Source: a virus. Taken from it: a stretch of DNA of 64,000 bases. The translations under genes were made by a program, and so were the position numbers. Where the stretch lies: positions 34,586-98,585 of IMG/VR virus record IMGVR_UViG_3300033149_005152, one strand, 5' to 3'. Below are positions 30,024 to 41,286 of this stretch, in pieces. Each line of letters starts with the position of its first letter. Within the stretch, counting starts at the first letter, position 1. Below the pieces are notes generated by a model. That model had not been told where the DNA came from, searched no databases, and saw nothing but the letters and a program-made list of their open reading frames with translations.

Positions 30024-30245
30024 TTATGATAATTTAGGTGCACCTCCTTCTTTTTCATTATCTTCTTCTTTATTCTCCTTTTCAATTTGTTGTGCAACTT
30101 CTTCCAACAATAAAAGATTAGATTTTAAAGAGATAATATGTTTTTCAATTACATCTTTAGCAGTAATTATTTCTTCTAATCTTTCCCGCATATTAAATAA
30201 TTCATTACTTAAAAGTTGTTTTTTCAAAGCAACCCAATTTTTCAT
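30024..30245 (-). CDS. small coiled-coil protein
   Basis: Start probably MKNWVA after GGAGG. Confidence 0.55.
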   Translation of the reverse strand: MKNWVALKKQLLSNELFNMRERLEEIITAKDVIEKHIISLKSNLLLLEEVAQQIEKENKEEDNEKEGGAPKLS

Positions 30246-30255
30246 ATTTTCCTCC

Positions 30256-31785
30256 CTAATCAATATAAGCAGGATATGCCTGCCAAGCAGCACCATCCCA
30301 AACATGTAAATTAAATGTATTAGCCGCAGTACCCATTATAATATTACTGCCATCACCAACATACAATCCATCATCAGTTGCCATTCCATATGTATCACCA
30401 GCTACAACGAGACCAATAGTATTTGTTGAAGATATGTAAGCACCTTCTCCATCACGGGAATATAAAACAGCCCCCTTTTCAGCGATAGACCTGGAATATA
30501 AACCTACACCATATGTAGTAACAACAGTTACAGCATAATCTCCTGTTGCTCCCCAAAAAGTTCCTGCTTCTCCATCATAAGATCGTCCTCTTATAGCAAC
30601 ACCACTATAACTATAACCAGCAACAGCCGATAAAGTATTACCAGCCGTATAATTTCCAAAAGTAGCTAATGTGTATACTCCACCAAGGGATGAAACACCT
30701 ATTCGAGCTTTTTCATTGCCGTTTGAATCATACCATTTAGCATAATTATCAGCAGCATCAACTTGAAATCTTTTCCCGCTTGCAGCGGTTCTTAAAGTTC
30801 TACCAGTAATTGTACCTGCCGTAATATCATCTGCATTAATATTTCCCCTTATGTCTAAAGTTCCGTCATCAGCATGAAACCAAACAAAATGATTAACTCC
30901 CCCGTCAGAATCTCCAAAACCAGCATCTCCAGGGCGAATATAACTTCCTCTCCAAACCATTGTATTTAAAGCTGTAAAAGATATTAAATTACCATTTCTA
31001 AATCCCCTCACACCAAAACTATTGATATGGTAGCCAGTTCCAGATGGAATATCACCGACTATTAATCCTCCAGTGTCAGTAGTTCCTTGACAATTTAAAG
31101 TTAATTCTTCAAGAGTAGAGACCCATGTTAAATGACTCGCTGTTGTATTTCCAAGAGTTAAATTTCCGTCTAAATCCAAATGAAAAGTTTTTGTGCCATT
31201 TCTCCAACCCATAATTCCATCAAGGGAGGCATTAGAAGAAGATATAATCGAAATACCACTATATGATCCTGGATTATCTTGATCAAATTCAGAAGACATA
31301 AATGCAGCACCAATAGCACGCATAACACCATCCGCCCTTACATAGAATTGAGCAGCATTTATTGAATCAATAGAACTCCCACAATGTAAAAAATGAGTGG
31401 ATGGGTCTGCATCCATATCCGCATCTAAATTTATCCAATTTTTGGAACACCAACTATAAATTAGTTGTGTTCTAATCGCACCACCTCTAATATTTGTTAA
31501 AGATGTAGGAGCAATCCAATCATCGAGAAAAACTGTATCTCCTGCAATAGCTACCTTTTTCGCAGTAATTCCTATATTTTCTTGAGTAATTGCTATTGCA
31601 GCCATAACATTAGCCTCATCTACTTTTAATAAAATTCTATCTTTATTTTGTGTTACCTCATCTTGGATTACTTTTATAGCATTCAGTGCCGCCTGAACAG
31701 AACTGGTTAACTCCATTATTGGAGTATATATCGAAATAGTGGATGGTAAACATAATGGATATGAACTTGAAATACTTGTCGCCAA
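30256..31785 (-). CDS. tail spike/fibre protein (J C-terminal-like, beta-helix)
   Basis: ITAKKVAIAG, INADDITAGTITGRTLRTA motifs; Gly-rich beta-helix-like C-terminus. Confidence 0.7.
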   Translation of the reverse strand: MATSISSSYPLCLPSTISIYTPIMELTSSVQAALNAIKVIQDEVTQNKDRILLKVDEANVMAAIAITQENIGITAKKVAIAGDTVFLDDWIAPTSLTNIRGGAIRTQLIYSWCSKNWINLDADMDADPSTHFLHCGSSIDSINAAQFYVRADGVMRAIGAAFMSSEFDQDNPGSYSGISIISSSNASLDGIMGWRNGTKTFHLDLDGNLTLGNTTASHLTWVSTLEELTLNCQGTTDTGGLIVGDIPSGTGYHINSFGVRGFRNGNLISFTALNTMVWRGSYIRPGDAGFGDSDGGVNHFVWFHADDGTLDIRGNINADDITAGTITGRTLRTAASGKRFQVDAADNYAKWYDSNGNEKARIGVSSLGGVYTLATFGNYTAGNTLSAVAGYSYSGVAIRGRSYDGEAGTFWGATGDYAVTVVTTYGVGLYSRSIAEKGAVLYSRDGEGAYISSTNTIGLVVAGDTYGMATDDGLYVGDGSNIIMGTAANTFNLHVWDGAAWQAYPAYID

Positions 31786-31838
31786 AAAACATTCTACCTC
31801 CTTTTATCCTTCTTTTTCTTATATTTTAAATAAGCTTC

Positions 31839-34800
31839 TTATTCTAACCAAAATTCAGGAAATTCTATAACTGATCGCATAAATCCTGCTTCGTTTCGTA
31901 CTACAACCAAGTCATCTTGTGCCCAAGCATCCGCACTTTCATTTGTATTTATTTGTCTTGATGCAGCATCAATAGAAATAATTCTCCGATTATCATTTCT
32001 CGTTTTATTAAACAAAATATACCCTGGCATAATTACGCCAGTAGTTCCACTAAATGATGCAACATAAGTAACATAAGTAGAAGCTACAGTGTCTAATTTA
32101 CTTTTAAATAGATCAAGACCAGCAGACTTTTTATAAGCCATCATACCTAAATAATAAAAATGATTTGTAAAGGCCAAATTTGTATTTGACTCATAATACC
32201 GCATATGGGAAGGAACCGTAAAATAATTATCATATAAAGTTACGCCATAATGAATAGGCGTACCGGCGGCCCAACTTCTTGCATCAGTTCCTTCTTGACC
32301 TCTGTCACATATTACAAAGTCGAACTTACCATCACCAGCATCGTCCAAACCTTTATAATGTACAACTTCAAAATGATCAGCATCGGCAATCACAAAATTG
32401 GGTCTCACCGGAAACACTCCCCAGCCGACACCTCCACCAGGAGTTGCACTTGTACAAGAAGTATAAAGCCTATTTGCTTGAATAACACTAGTCGAAGAAT
32501 TAACTGACGTAAAATAAAATTCTTCTATATCTAATATTTGTGGTCTTGAATTAACACCAGTTGTATCTGCCTTGATTACCCATGCAGGTCTACCAACTTG
32601 CATCCAGGGTTTAACACTTTCTACATGTATATCTACATTTGTACCCGCAGCAAAGGAAGTTGTTACCATTGTATATTTAGAAAATCCCAACTCCTCAAAA
32701 GTACCAAAATCAGCCTGATCTTGAGCAGTAAAAAATTCTGCTCTTATCATAGTAGAATCTGAAGTTACAGAATCTGTTAATTTACCAATTATTTGATGAT
32801 CAACAAGCCTACCAAGCACCAAAAACCCGTCAATAACATATAAAGGATTTTCTAAATAATCCCAGCGCATTTTTATATTACTTACTTCATCACCTACAAT
32901 AATTCCTCTTACTTCAAAATTCTGAACTCTCACTCCTAATGAATGAGGCAACGGAAATTCGATATAATCCCAATCTAAACCACCATCTGAAGCTGTAGGA
33001 TCATAAGTAAATTGATGTTGAGGAAATATTGTTTCCGCTACACAAGCCACAACGTGCCTTTCGCCCATATTCACAATTTTTGTAAAATGGGTAGATTTCC
33101 ACACGCTCGATGCTCTTTGTGCAGCACTCAAAGCAACACCATCAGCATCGAAAGCTTCTCCTACAGGAATAAATTCCAAATGAAAATTGTTAAAATCAGA
33201 AGTATCAGTTCCACCAATTTTAGGAGAATAATTAAAATCCCTATTAGTAATATCCATACCTACAATCCAATAACCCTTTATAAAAGGATAATCAGCATTA
33301 GGTACCCAATCACCATCTACCTGACTCCATCCTATAGGATCCCATTTTAATCTTACGTGATAATTATTTGATCCTCTATGAGGGATATAACCGCCACCTG
33401 AATATTTAATGGTAATATAAACACCGCTTAAAATTTGATGAGTAAAATTAGAGGACATAGTAATTGTTCCTGTTAATCTATCAAAAGAAGCAATATCTAT
33501 TTCCTCCCCAGCAGCATCACCATCAACTATCGCAACCGTCCAACTAGTATCAAATTGATCATCTGCATATCGCTCTATTAAATCAGAACAAACAACTGTA
33601 GAACCATCTGCAGCCCCATTTTCAGTAGTAGTATAATAATATCCGTAATCAGTATCAACACCAAAATTAGCAGGAGCAGAAATAACGTAAATAATATCAA
33701 TAGTTTTTTGAGGAGGATATAAAGATTTTTTACCATGATTATTTACGGCATAAACTCTAACATAATAAGTATTTCCAAAAACAACATTACCATAAAAAAT
33801 ATTAATTCCATCTATACTTGGTTGAAGATCAATCCAGGTTTCCCCATCGGTTGAAACTTGAATCAAAGAATGATCATAATATGTATACCATAAAGGAGGA
33901 TTAAAGGAAATATAGAACCCGCTTAAATCTTCTGCAAGAGTTAAAGTTAAATCTGTAACATCAGGAACAACATACGGATCAGGAGCAGAAGTATATCTGC
34001 CAGTTGGTAATACTATTCCAGTATCCGCATAAAGACTTTCATTATATTCAATAGCTTCTATATCAACATTATCATCTACACCTCTAGAAATACTCATACA
34101 TCTAAAAGGTTTAGTGGCAACAGTAGAATATCCAACAGAATAAATAGAATAACGATCAGGAGCACTATCAAAGGCAGATTCAACAGAAATTTGCACAGTA
34201 GTTTCAGCACTGTTTGAAATCTCTTTTGTTGTTACAGAACCATCAGCCTCTCTTACAACAACCTCATATTTAAAAGTCCAGGTTAAAACATCTGGATCAC
34301 CATTATCCCATCCACCAGTAAAATTAGCTTGAGTACTTCCTGTTAATGAGGTAATTGTAGCATAAGTATCAGCACCACCTGAAGTTGATTTTAAAACCCT
34401 ATTAATATCATCTGAAGTAAATGTAAAATCATCATCAACTAAAGCAGAAGAACTTATAGAATTAGCAGTCCCACCTCTAATTTCAATACCCCTATCGGTT
34501 GTTAATAAAGAAGTAGTAGCATCTAATAGTCTTCCACCTTCTCCCCACTCAGGAACATCATGCTGAAAATAAAATAGATCACCAGGTAACATATGAACTG
34601 AATCTATACCAGCAGAAAACCTAATAACTTTTAAAATATATTTTGAGAAATACAGATAATAATACGCTTCCCTAAGAGCCTGCGAAGATCGAGTAACCCC
34701 AATCAAAGTTATTGGCTTCTTTAACAGAGAATCACCAGCATCAAAAGCATCTTGATCTTCTACACTTAATACGTCCCTATCAAATTTTCTATCTCTATTC

Positions 34801-37778
34801 AAATATTGCACTTCAACCATATTAGGTCTATCTTGTTTAGCTGTAAATATTTCTTCAAAACTACCTTCAACAATATTTCCCATAGAAAATAATTGGATAG
34901 GAGTTTCCTTTTTATCTATTTTTACACTAATTTTACCATTAGCCCAAATTAAACATCCCCTGATAGAAGTCAAAATAGTTTGAATTACATCGGGAGCCGG
35001 AGCTTGGTAATCAATTACAATATCAGTTAAAAATCTTGTCTCTCCCCATTGGAAAAATTCCCCATTAGTAGGAGTTCCGTTACTCCAAGCATTACCATCT
35101 CCCCATATATCACCTAAAGTCAATTCAGTTGTACTTACTACGTCTGAAACATAAGCAACAGTTACTTCGGTAGTAGAAATAGGAACTACTACCCATTTTC
35201 CTTTTTCTGGTTTATTAGTGGTATTAAAATCATTTCCAGATGTTTTTGTAAGGCTTAATGCACCATAATTTGCTGTACCATAATTATTTCCATTACCTAC
35301 TATACCTCTTCCATATTTAGAAGATTCCATCAAAGTAACGTAATCTACATCCGAGGCGTACACCCACTCGCCAACACCATATCTTTTTTGTACAAGTATA
35401 TCATTTATAATCCATAATGGATCACGTGAAAATTGAACTACATATTCATCGGGAACAAGAGTACACTCATTAATTCCGCCACCACCAGGACTTATTTCAA
35501 ATATTTTCTCTACATCACCATCATCAACCAAAACATTACAATACTCCCACTTAGCAACTCCCCCATCAGAATTTCTGGTACATTTGGGAACTAATATTCT
35601 CTTTCCTAAAACATGGGAAGTAATATTAGGCATACCACCGGATAATCTGTCAGTAGCAAGAGCTTGTAATCCCAATAGTGCAGTATTAGGATAACTCAAA
35701 TCTCTAAACATAATTTCAGTAATACCAACTACTTCCATAGTCCTTTGATCACGACCTGTATCATAATCGGTTATTCTTGTAACTTTTATATCATATTGTT
35801 CAGCAGCTAAATTAGCCCCATTAGGGTCACTAACCACTCTATAACTATATTTATAAGGAGAAGTTGATTTATTTACTATTTCAATAGAATCATTTACAGT
35901 TATATAGGAGGGATCGCCATGTACCTTATATTCTATTTTATATACCAAATTATTATCTTCAAATGTTCCCTTATCAGTAACATGATATAAAAAACCGGAT
36001 AAATGAACTTCAAATCCCTCTATCGCAGTTCCGTTCGTTGTAAAAACAAAAAAATCACCAGCACCAGCAAAAGTTTTACCATGATATGAATAATAAGTTT
36101 CTATTGTATTAAAATTACGAATAGGGACTTGGTCATTTGTTCCCTTTCTAATCCATACTTTAGGAATAGGATCATAATTAGAAAGAGGCTGTTCTTCGAC
36201 CTCTGTATTAGAAACGCTTTCAATTTCCCCCTCTCCATAAGAAATAAGAGCGTTTAAATATTGTTTTTTCATCTTAATATGTCCAGAAGCTCTACTTATT
36301 TTGTAAATCCCCTCACCATAATAAGTATATTGAGCAAGAGTAGAAGGAACTTCTCTAGTATTAAGATTTATAATCCTAATATGATATTGATCTTCATTTT
36401 CAAAACTATATTGAAAATATTGTCCGTCCACACATTTAACGGAAATATCCTCGTTATCTCCCCAACTATCACTCGTATCACTAGTTGTAATAATATTATT
36501 CGTTTCGTCAATGGAGATAATTTTTCTAGACGTCCTTTGTTCTGAATTAAATAAAAAATGCCCTTCCTTTACAAATTCTTCTCCTGTATCCCCATCGTAA
36601 GGAACACTTGTAGAAGTCAATTCACCTCCAGGTGAATTAATCTTTCCACGAAATAAAATAAAATAATGACTATAAGGAGCAGATGTAACATAAACACTGT
36701 CCATAGAATTCCACGCATCAATCACAATGGTGTCCGTATCCAACCATCCAGTTAATGCACTATCACACAAAATAGTTTTATTTGTTGTATCAATACTATC
36801 AACAACTTTAACTTCATTTCTCGTTGTATTCCAAACAGTTGTAAATTCTGGCAAAAAATGTAGAGTTCCTGATTCTCCAGTATAAGTTAAAGTTTTATCA
36901 GAAGGTGCCCCATCTATAACAGCCGTCCAAGGAGTGGCATCATGTACCTTATATTGAATAAAATAAGCAGTTCCATCCCCAAGAAGAGGATTAGGATAAG
37001 CACTATCAGGCCCCCAATGTTCAAGATTATCTTCGGGAATCCATGCTCCAACTTGACCAATTTCAGGATCAATATCAACAATGTTGTTCAATCTAAACCT
37101 GAGAACCTTTACATTTTCATTAGTTTCAAATGTGTTCACCCAAGGAAGAGAATTTTCAGACCTTGTAAAATCTTTATTAACAGTCGTAATAATAAAATCA
37201 TCACTCGTTATTTTATCAGGGCTAATATATGTTTGTAAAACATTTCCACCAACTCTATGACTTCCATAAACCATTCCTACAGGTATATCTGGATCAGTAG
37301 CAACTTGAATTCCATCCCAACTATATGTACTAGAAATATCTTGTTTAGACGGAGACATAAGAAAACCAACCATGCCTCCAATCATCATCATTGCACCTGC
37401 GCCCATCATATAGTTAGCCCAACTTGCTTTTATTAAAGCTTTGCCCGCAAATCCTAAAGCCCCCCAACCAGTAGGCCCTAAGAAAAAACCACCAGCAAGA
37501 AGAGCAAATCCTAAAGCTATTTGAATAAATCCAGCATTTTTTCCGCCACGCAAATTAGGATAAATAATTACATCGTCCGTATTAGATAATGTAACCATAT
37601 TCCACTGATCAACTTCAAGTAAATTTCCATTTAATAAAATAGATACACGGGTCTCAAGAATTTCTTTATGAACAACAGAAAATTCTTTCAACGCAGAAAT
37701 CAAATCAGGTGCTTTTGAACGAAATTCTATTCGGTTATCTGGTTCAAATAATGTAGGTAAAAATGAAAGATTAGCCAA
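31839..37778 (-). CDS. tail tip/host-specificity protein: gpI-like ubiquitin-like N-terminus fused to a gpJ-like body
   Basis: Ubl-like first 79 aa ending LRGG, Gly-rich hydrophobic stretch, YSWDG...PVGMVYGSHRVGG, GEGEI, YPNTALLG, LFSMGNIVEGSF, FnIII-like regions. Confidence 0.9.
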   Translation of the reverse strand: MANLSFLPTLFEPDNRIEFRSKAPDLISALKEFSVVHKEILETRVSILLNGNLLEVDQWNMVTLSNTDDVIIYPNLRGGKNAGFIQIALGFALLAGGFFLGPTGWGALGFAGKALIKASWANYMMGAGAMMMIGGMVGFLMSPSKQDISSTYSWDGIQVATDPDIPVGMVYGSHRVGGNVLQTYISPDKITSDDFIITTVNKDFTRSENSLPWVNTFETNENVKVLRFRLNNIVDIDPEIGQVGAWIPEDNLEHWGPDSAYPNPLLGDGTAYFIQYKVHDATPWTAVIDGAPSDKTLTYTGESGTLHFLPEFTTVWNTTRNEVKVVDSIDTTNKTILCDSALTGWLDTDTIVIDAWNSMDSVYVTSAPYSHYFILFRGKINSPGGELTSTSVPYDGDTGEEFVKEGHFLFNSEQRTSRKIISIDETNNIITTSDTSDSWGDNEDISVKCVDGQYFQYSFENEDQYHIRIINLNTREVPSTLAQYTYYGEGIYKISRASGHIKMKKQYLNALISYGEGEIESVSNTEVEEQPLSNYDPIPKVWIRKGTNDQVPIRNFNTIETYYSYHGKTFAGAGDFFVFTTNGTAIEGFEVHLSGFLYHVTDKGTFEDNNLVYKIEYKVHGDPSYITVNDSIEIVNKSTSPYKYSYRVVSDPNGANLAAEQYDIKVTRITDYDTGRDQRTMEVVGITEIMFRDLSYPNTALLGLQALATDRLSGGMPNITSHVLGKRILVPKCTRNSDGGVAKWEYCNVLVDDGDVEKIFEISPGGGGINECTLVPDEYVVQFSRDPLWIINDILVQKRYGVGEWVYASDVDYVTLMESSKYGRGIVGNGNNYGTANYGALSLTKTSGNDFNTTNKPEKGKWVVVPISTTEVTVAYVSDVVSTTELTLGDIWGDGNAWSNGTPTNGEFFQWGETRFLTDIVIDYQAPAPDVIQTILTSIRGCLIWANGKISVKIDKKETPIQLFSMGNIVEGSFEEIFTAKQDRPNMVEVQYLNRDRKFDRDVLSVEDQDAFDAGDSLLKKPITLIGVTRSSQALREAYYYLYFSKYILKVIRFSAGIDSVHMLPGDLFYFQHDVPEWGEGGRLLDATTSLLTTDRGIEIRGGTANSISSSALVDDDFTFTSDDINRVLKSTSGGADTYATITSLTGSTQANFTGGWDNGDPDVLTWTFKYEVVVREADGSVTTKEISNSAETTVQISVESAFDSAPDRYSIYSVGYSTVATKPFRCMSISRGVDDNVDIEAIEYNESLYADTGIVLPTGRYTSAPDPYVVPDVTDLTLTLAEDLSGFYISFNPPLWYTYYDHSLIQVSTDGETWIDLQPSIDGINIFYGNVVFGNTYYVRVYAVNNHGKKSLYPPQKTIDIIYVISAPANFGVDTDYGYYYTTTENGAADGSTVVCSDLIERYADDQFDTSWTVAIVDGDAAGEEIDIASFDRLTGTITMSSNFTHQILSGVYITIKYSGGGYIPHRGSNNYHVRLKWDPIGWSQVDGDWVPNADYPFIKGYWIVGMDITNRDFNYSPKIGGTDTSDFNNFHLEFIPVGEAFDADGVALSAAQRASSVWKSTHFTKIVNMGERHVVACVAETIFPQHQFTYDPTASDGGLDWDYIEFPLPHSLGVRVQNFEVRGIIVGDEVSNIKMRWDYLENPLYVIDGFLVLGRLVDHQIIGKLTDSVTSDSTMIRAEFFTAQDQADFGTFEELGFSKYTMVTTSFAAGTNVDIHVESVKPWMQVGRPAWVIKADTTGVNSRPQILDIEEFYFTSVNSSTSVIQANRLYTSCTSATPGGGVGWGVFPVRPNFVIADADHFEVVHYKGLDDAGDGKFDFVICDRGQEGTDARSWAAGTPIHYGVTLYDNYFTVPSHMRYYESNTNLAFTNHFYYLGMMAYKKSAGLDLFKSKLDTVASTYVTYVASFSGTTGVIMPGYILFNKTRNDNRRIISIDAASRQINTNESADAWAQDDLVVVRNEAGFMRSVIEFPEFWLE

Positions 37779-37792
37779 TATATAAATTCCCC

Positions 37793-38197
37793 TTATAATT
37801 TATTTTTAAATCTGAAACAACCATATATTTTTGACTTCCATTGTGGAAGGGTTAAATCGTCTATATGTACATCTGAATTCTCATACACATGAATAACTTT
37901 ATAATTACCTAAATAGACAGCACAGTGATTAGGAATAGATGATTTTAATTTCATAACAACAATATCATATATTTCCGGAAACTCAACTTTTTCCCATTGT
38001 AATTTATAATTTTCATTTATCAAATCTTTCTTACTTTTATACCAATCTTGGGCGTATTGCCAATAATCAAGTAATTCAAACCCCAAATCCCTATAAATCA
38101 TTATTACCAACCCATAACAATCCAATCCTTTTAAATCCCTACCTTTATTTTTATAGGGAATTCCTAAATATTTACTTGTTATTTGTTGTTTATTCAT
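37793..38197 (-). CDS. NlpC/P60 tail protein (gpK-like, without JAB domain)
   Basis: GIPY..KGRD..GLDCYGLV, HCAVYLG...IH. Confidence 0.9.
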   Translation of the reverse strand: MNKQQITSKYLGIPYKNKGRDLKGLDCYGLVIMIYRDLGFELLDYWQYAQDWYKSKKDLINENYKLQWEKVEFPEIYDIVVMKLKSSIPNHCAVYLGNYKVIHVYENSDVHIDDLTLPQWKSKIYGCFRFKNKL

Positions 38198-38209
38198 TTC
38201 TTTTTCCTT

Positions 38210-39064
38210 TTATCGAATATAAAAACGACCTTTTTGTGGAATTCCAGGAAATCCACCAAATCTTTCGTAATTACCATGAGATTTACAATCAGTAAACGTT
38301 TTTTTACAAGTAGTTAAAGCCCCAAAATACCCACATTCAGTTCCTATTTTATATAAAGACGTAGTATCTATTGCGGTAGGCATCGCAGTAACTAAAGTAA
38401 CACCACCCGCTAATTTCTTAGCTATTACCGAACTACTACCTGAATTTGCACCACTATAAATATAAACAACTCTACCAACAACTTTTGTAGCTACACCTAA
38501 AACATCAGAGTCAATAAGAGTAACTTTATCAGAACTTGCTTCAGCAGTACCAGTATAATAAGGAGTATATTTATAAACCCACTGACATAAATCTCTTTGA
38601 TACCGGCGAATAGGAATATCTATCGTATGTAAATTAACAGAACTACAAGTAAATTTCGCATCGTTTTCTCCTATATGAACTCTCGAAATATAAAATTTTT
38701 CTTTTATACAAGCATCTTTATCATCAAGATTATCCCTAAATACAGTTATAATAACAACTTGTAATCCTGATAAACCACTACCATGATGCAAAAGGCTGTG
38801 AATATACCTATCAATATTCGGATAAATAAACTCAACAGTAGGAATTTCCCCCCTGTTACTTATTTCAATTCTTTCATGATGTACTCCCGACTTTGTATAT
38901 GTTTGAGGAGCATCAGTATCAGGTTCAAAATAATCCACGTCATCAATATCCTGAGCAAGATAAAGATATGAGTTACTATCTATTTGGACCCTATAAAGTG
39001 TTATAGGTTGATTTTCTAGTTTATCTTTTTGAGTTCTAAATGGCTGTGTAATATCTATAGGCAT
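38210..39064 (-). CDS. gpL-like minor tail protein
   Basis: IPIRRYQRDLCQWVYK...ECGY...CKKTFTDC...FGGFPGIP (4-Cys motif). Confidence 0.88.
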   Translation of the reverse strand: MPIDITQPFRTQKDKLENQPITLYRVQIDSNSYLYLAQDIDDVDYFEPDTDAPQTYTKSGVHHERIEISNRGEIPTVEFIYPNIDRYIHSLLHHGSGLSGLQVVIITVFRDNLDDKDACIKEKFYISRVHIGENDAKFTCSSVNLHTIDIPIRRYQRDLCQWVYKYTPYYTGTAEASSDKVTLIDSDVLGVATKVVGRVVYIYSGANSGSSSVIAKKLAGGVTLVTAMPTAIDTTSLYKIGTECGYFGALTTCKKTFTDCKSHGNYERFGGFPGIPQKGRFYIR

Positions 39065-40101
39065 TATTTATTTTTCCTCTTCTTTCTTCGATAAGTAGAT
39101 GCAGTAACTCCACCAATACCCATAACAGTAGATGGATATAACCTCTTTTTCCTACGCATTTTCATTTTTGATTTATATTTTCTTTCAGCTCTCGCTTGGC
39201 GAGATGCTATTAGTTTTGTTCTTCTTATTGCTTCTGCTTTTCTTACAGACATCTCAGCCTTTCTAGCTCTTTTCGCAGGAATTAATTTTTTAGAAATAGC
39301 AGCAGTTTCATAATCAATAAGTCTTCTTCTCATTTCATTTGTAGAATATTTACCTAATTTTGGTTTTTTAGATGCCTCCGCCAAGGCACGTTCCAAATGA
39401 GGAATATCTACCTTTTTTATAATTTTTGCTGATTCTGTTAACTTCCAAATTTTGTACCGATCAACTTCCCCAGTTCCTGATCTACCCTTTCTTACTTCTT
39501 TTTTTATCAAATTACCAATTTTCCTCAATAATTTCTTCTTGGATCGTAACGCAGCCGCAGCTTCACTTTTATTATAATCAGATATAGATTTCAAATTTCG
39601 TCCCATTTCTGTAAAACCCGCAGAACCCAAATTAGACCTAACTTGCAAATAGCCCATATCACCTGTATAATAATGAGAAGGAGGTTTTGATCTTGCGTGC
39701 ATAACTTGAGAAGGGTATTCTTCACGAATGGGTTTAGGTAATTTTTCTCTTATGGCCACATTACGCCATCTCATTTTGCCACTTTTAGCCCTAGTAACTT
39801 TTTTACCCGTTATTTTTGCTAATTGTCTTGATTCTGTAGTAGGAACCCATATTCTTTTTCTTTCAGTAGGCCATCCTTCATATTTAGCAAGACGATCTAT
39901 AACTTCATCTCTTGAATACAAATTCACTTTTCTACTAACTCTTTTCTTTATATCCGATTTCGTCAAAGTTTCAATAGGGCGCACTTTGGCCTTTTTCATC
40001 ATTATCTCCTTGATCCTAGAATATGCAGTTTTCCTTATTTTACGAGTGGGAATTCCAAAAAACTCTTTTATTTTCCCTAGTTTATTAAATATTCTTGCCA
40101 A
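39064..40101 (-). CDS. highly basic protein (dispersed basic family member)
   Basis: K/R-rich, TTG start, C-terminal MGIGGVTASTY + RRKKRKNK. Confidence 0.7.
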   Translation of the reverse strand: MARIFNKLGKIKEFFGIPTRKIRKTAYSRIKEIMMKKAKVRPIETLTKSDIKKRVSRKVNLYSRDEVIDRLAKYEGWPTERKRIWVPTTESRQLAKITGKKVTRAKSGKMRWRNVAIREKLPKPIREEYPSQVMHARSKPPSHYYTGDMGYLQVRSNLGSAGFTEMGRNLKSISDYNKSEAAAALRSKKKLLRKIGNLIKKEVRKGRSGTGEVDRYKIWKLTESAKIIKKVDIPHLERALAEASKKPKLGKYSTNEMRRRLIDYETAAISKKLIPAKRARKAEMSVRKAEAIRRTKLIASRQARAERKYKSKMKMRRKKRLYPSTVMGIGGVTASTYRRKKRKNK

Positions 40102-40104
40102 TTA

Positions 40105-40674
40105 TTATTTCACACCTCGCTTTTTCTTCAAACGAAGAATAACATACCTTTTATTCTTATATTTAGTATAAACAAAATCCCTTTTAGGATAATTTTTTTT
40201 CAAATTCTTCAACATCCTTGTGCCAGAAACGGGCAAGACTATATCAGTAACCCTTAATCGTATCCCAGCATTTTCAGCTACTCTATTTTTTCTAATATTT
40301 AAATAAGCCCCGTAACCTAAAGAAGCACCGGAGACACCCAAAGATCCCCACATAATACCCGATAAGGTTTTATCTATCTTTCCATACGGGCTACTCCTAT
40401 ATTCTTTTTTAAATAACTCCTTTAACCTTTTTTCAGCTTCTAACTTTTTCTGCATTCTAGCTTTCGCTTTAACATTTATTCTTCTTTCAACAAATGGAGG
40501 TAAACCTTCTTTACCCCCACTTATAACCTCAAATTTATCCCTTGATCTTTCAACTTTATCATGTACACCCTTTGCTTTTGAAACTTTACCACCTTCTATA
40601 ACTCTAAGCTTATTTTTATTTCTATAAAATCTAGAAAATATTTTTCTAAGTTGTTCTAAAGATATTTTTACCAA
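40105..40674 (-). CDS. highly basic protein with Gly-rich hydrophobic segment (basic family member)
   Basis: QLRKIF motif; GIMWGSLGVSGASLGYGAY. Confidence 0.7.
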   Translation of the reverse strand: MVKISLEQLRKIFSRFYRNKNKLRVIEGGKVSKAKGVHDKVERSRDKFEVISGGKEGLPPFVERRINVKAKARMQKKLEAEKRLKELFKKEYRSSPYGKIDKTLSGIMWGSLGVSGASLGYGAYLNIRKNRVAENAGIRLRVTDIVLPVSGTRMLKNLKKNYPKRDFVYTKYKNKRYVILRLKKKRGVK

Positions 40675-40680
40675 TTGTTA

Positions 40681-41286
40681 TTAAGCCTCCTCAAATTGCA
40701 AACCTACAGTAAACAAATGATCCATTATATTATTTTTATTCATATTAGAATTAGCAAATCTAACCTTATACGCCCTCATTACATTAGAATATATAGTTAA
40801 AGTATTTGTAATAGTATCCGTTGCAGTAAAAGAAATATATCCAGAACTTATTCCCGTTAACTGCCTTACTTCGTAATTATCTGCCCTTGTTTTTGAACCA
40901 GATTCCCAATTTATAATAATCACAAGATTTCCAGCCATACCAGGAGTAGTAGTAAACCTCGTGATGTTATTTACACCAATAGTATTTACACCAGGATTCG
41001 TAGCTATACTACATCTCGCCTCATAATGCCATGAAGGAATATAAAATCTATCACATCCACCCTTTACGGCATCAAAAAAATCTCCTATTTCCTCAACTTC
41101 CTCCCATGAAGTCACGGGATAAGGGGCAAAATTTAAATTAAAATAATACTTAGGTCTATTCCACTTATTTCTCGCCTGAACATATCCAGCCTCAAATGGA
41201 GTTTTCAAAGTTTTGAAAGTTCTTCCTTCTTTCCAAGTTGCTAGTATAGGTTCCCAATGAAATATTGTCAAAACTTCAGTACTCAT
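40681..41286 (-). CDS. gpM/distal-tail-like protein
   Basis: T..TPFEAGYVQAR..W...DFF....G...F...W...VRF pattern; follows the TMP. Confidence 0.7.
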   Translation of the reverse strand: MSTEVLTIFHWEPILATWKEGRTFKTLKTPFEAGYVQARNKWNRPKYYFNLNFAPYPVTSWEEVEEIGDFFDAVKGGCDRFYIPSWHYEARCSIATNPGVNTIGVNNITRFTTTPGMAGNLVIIINWESGSKTRADNYEVRQLTGISSGYISFTATDTITNTLTIYSNVMRAYKVRFANSNMNKNNIMDHLFTVGLQFEEA

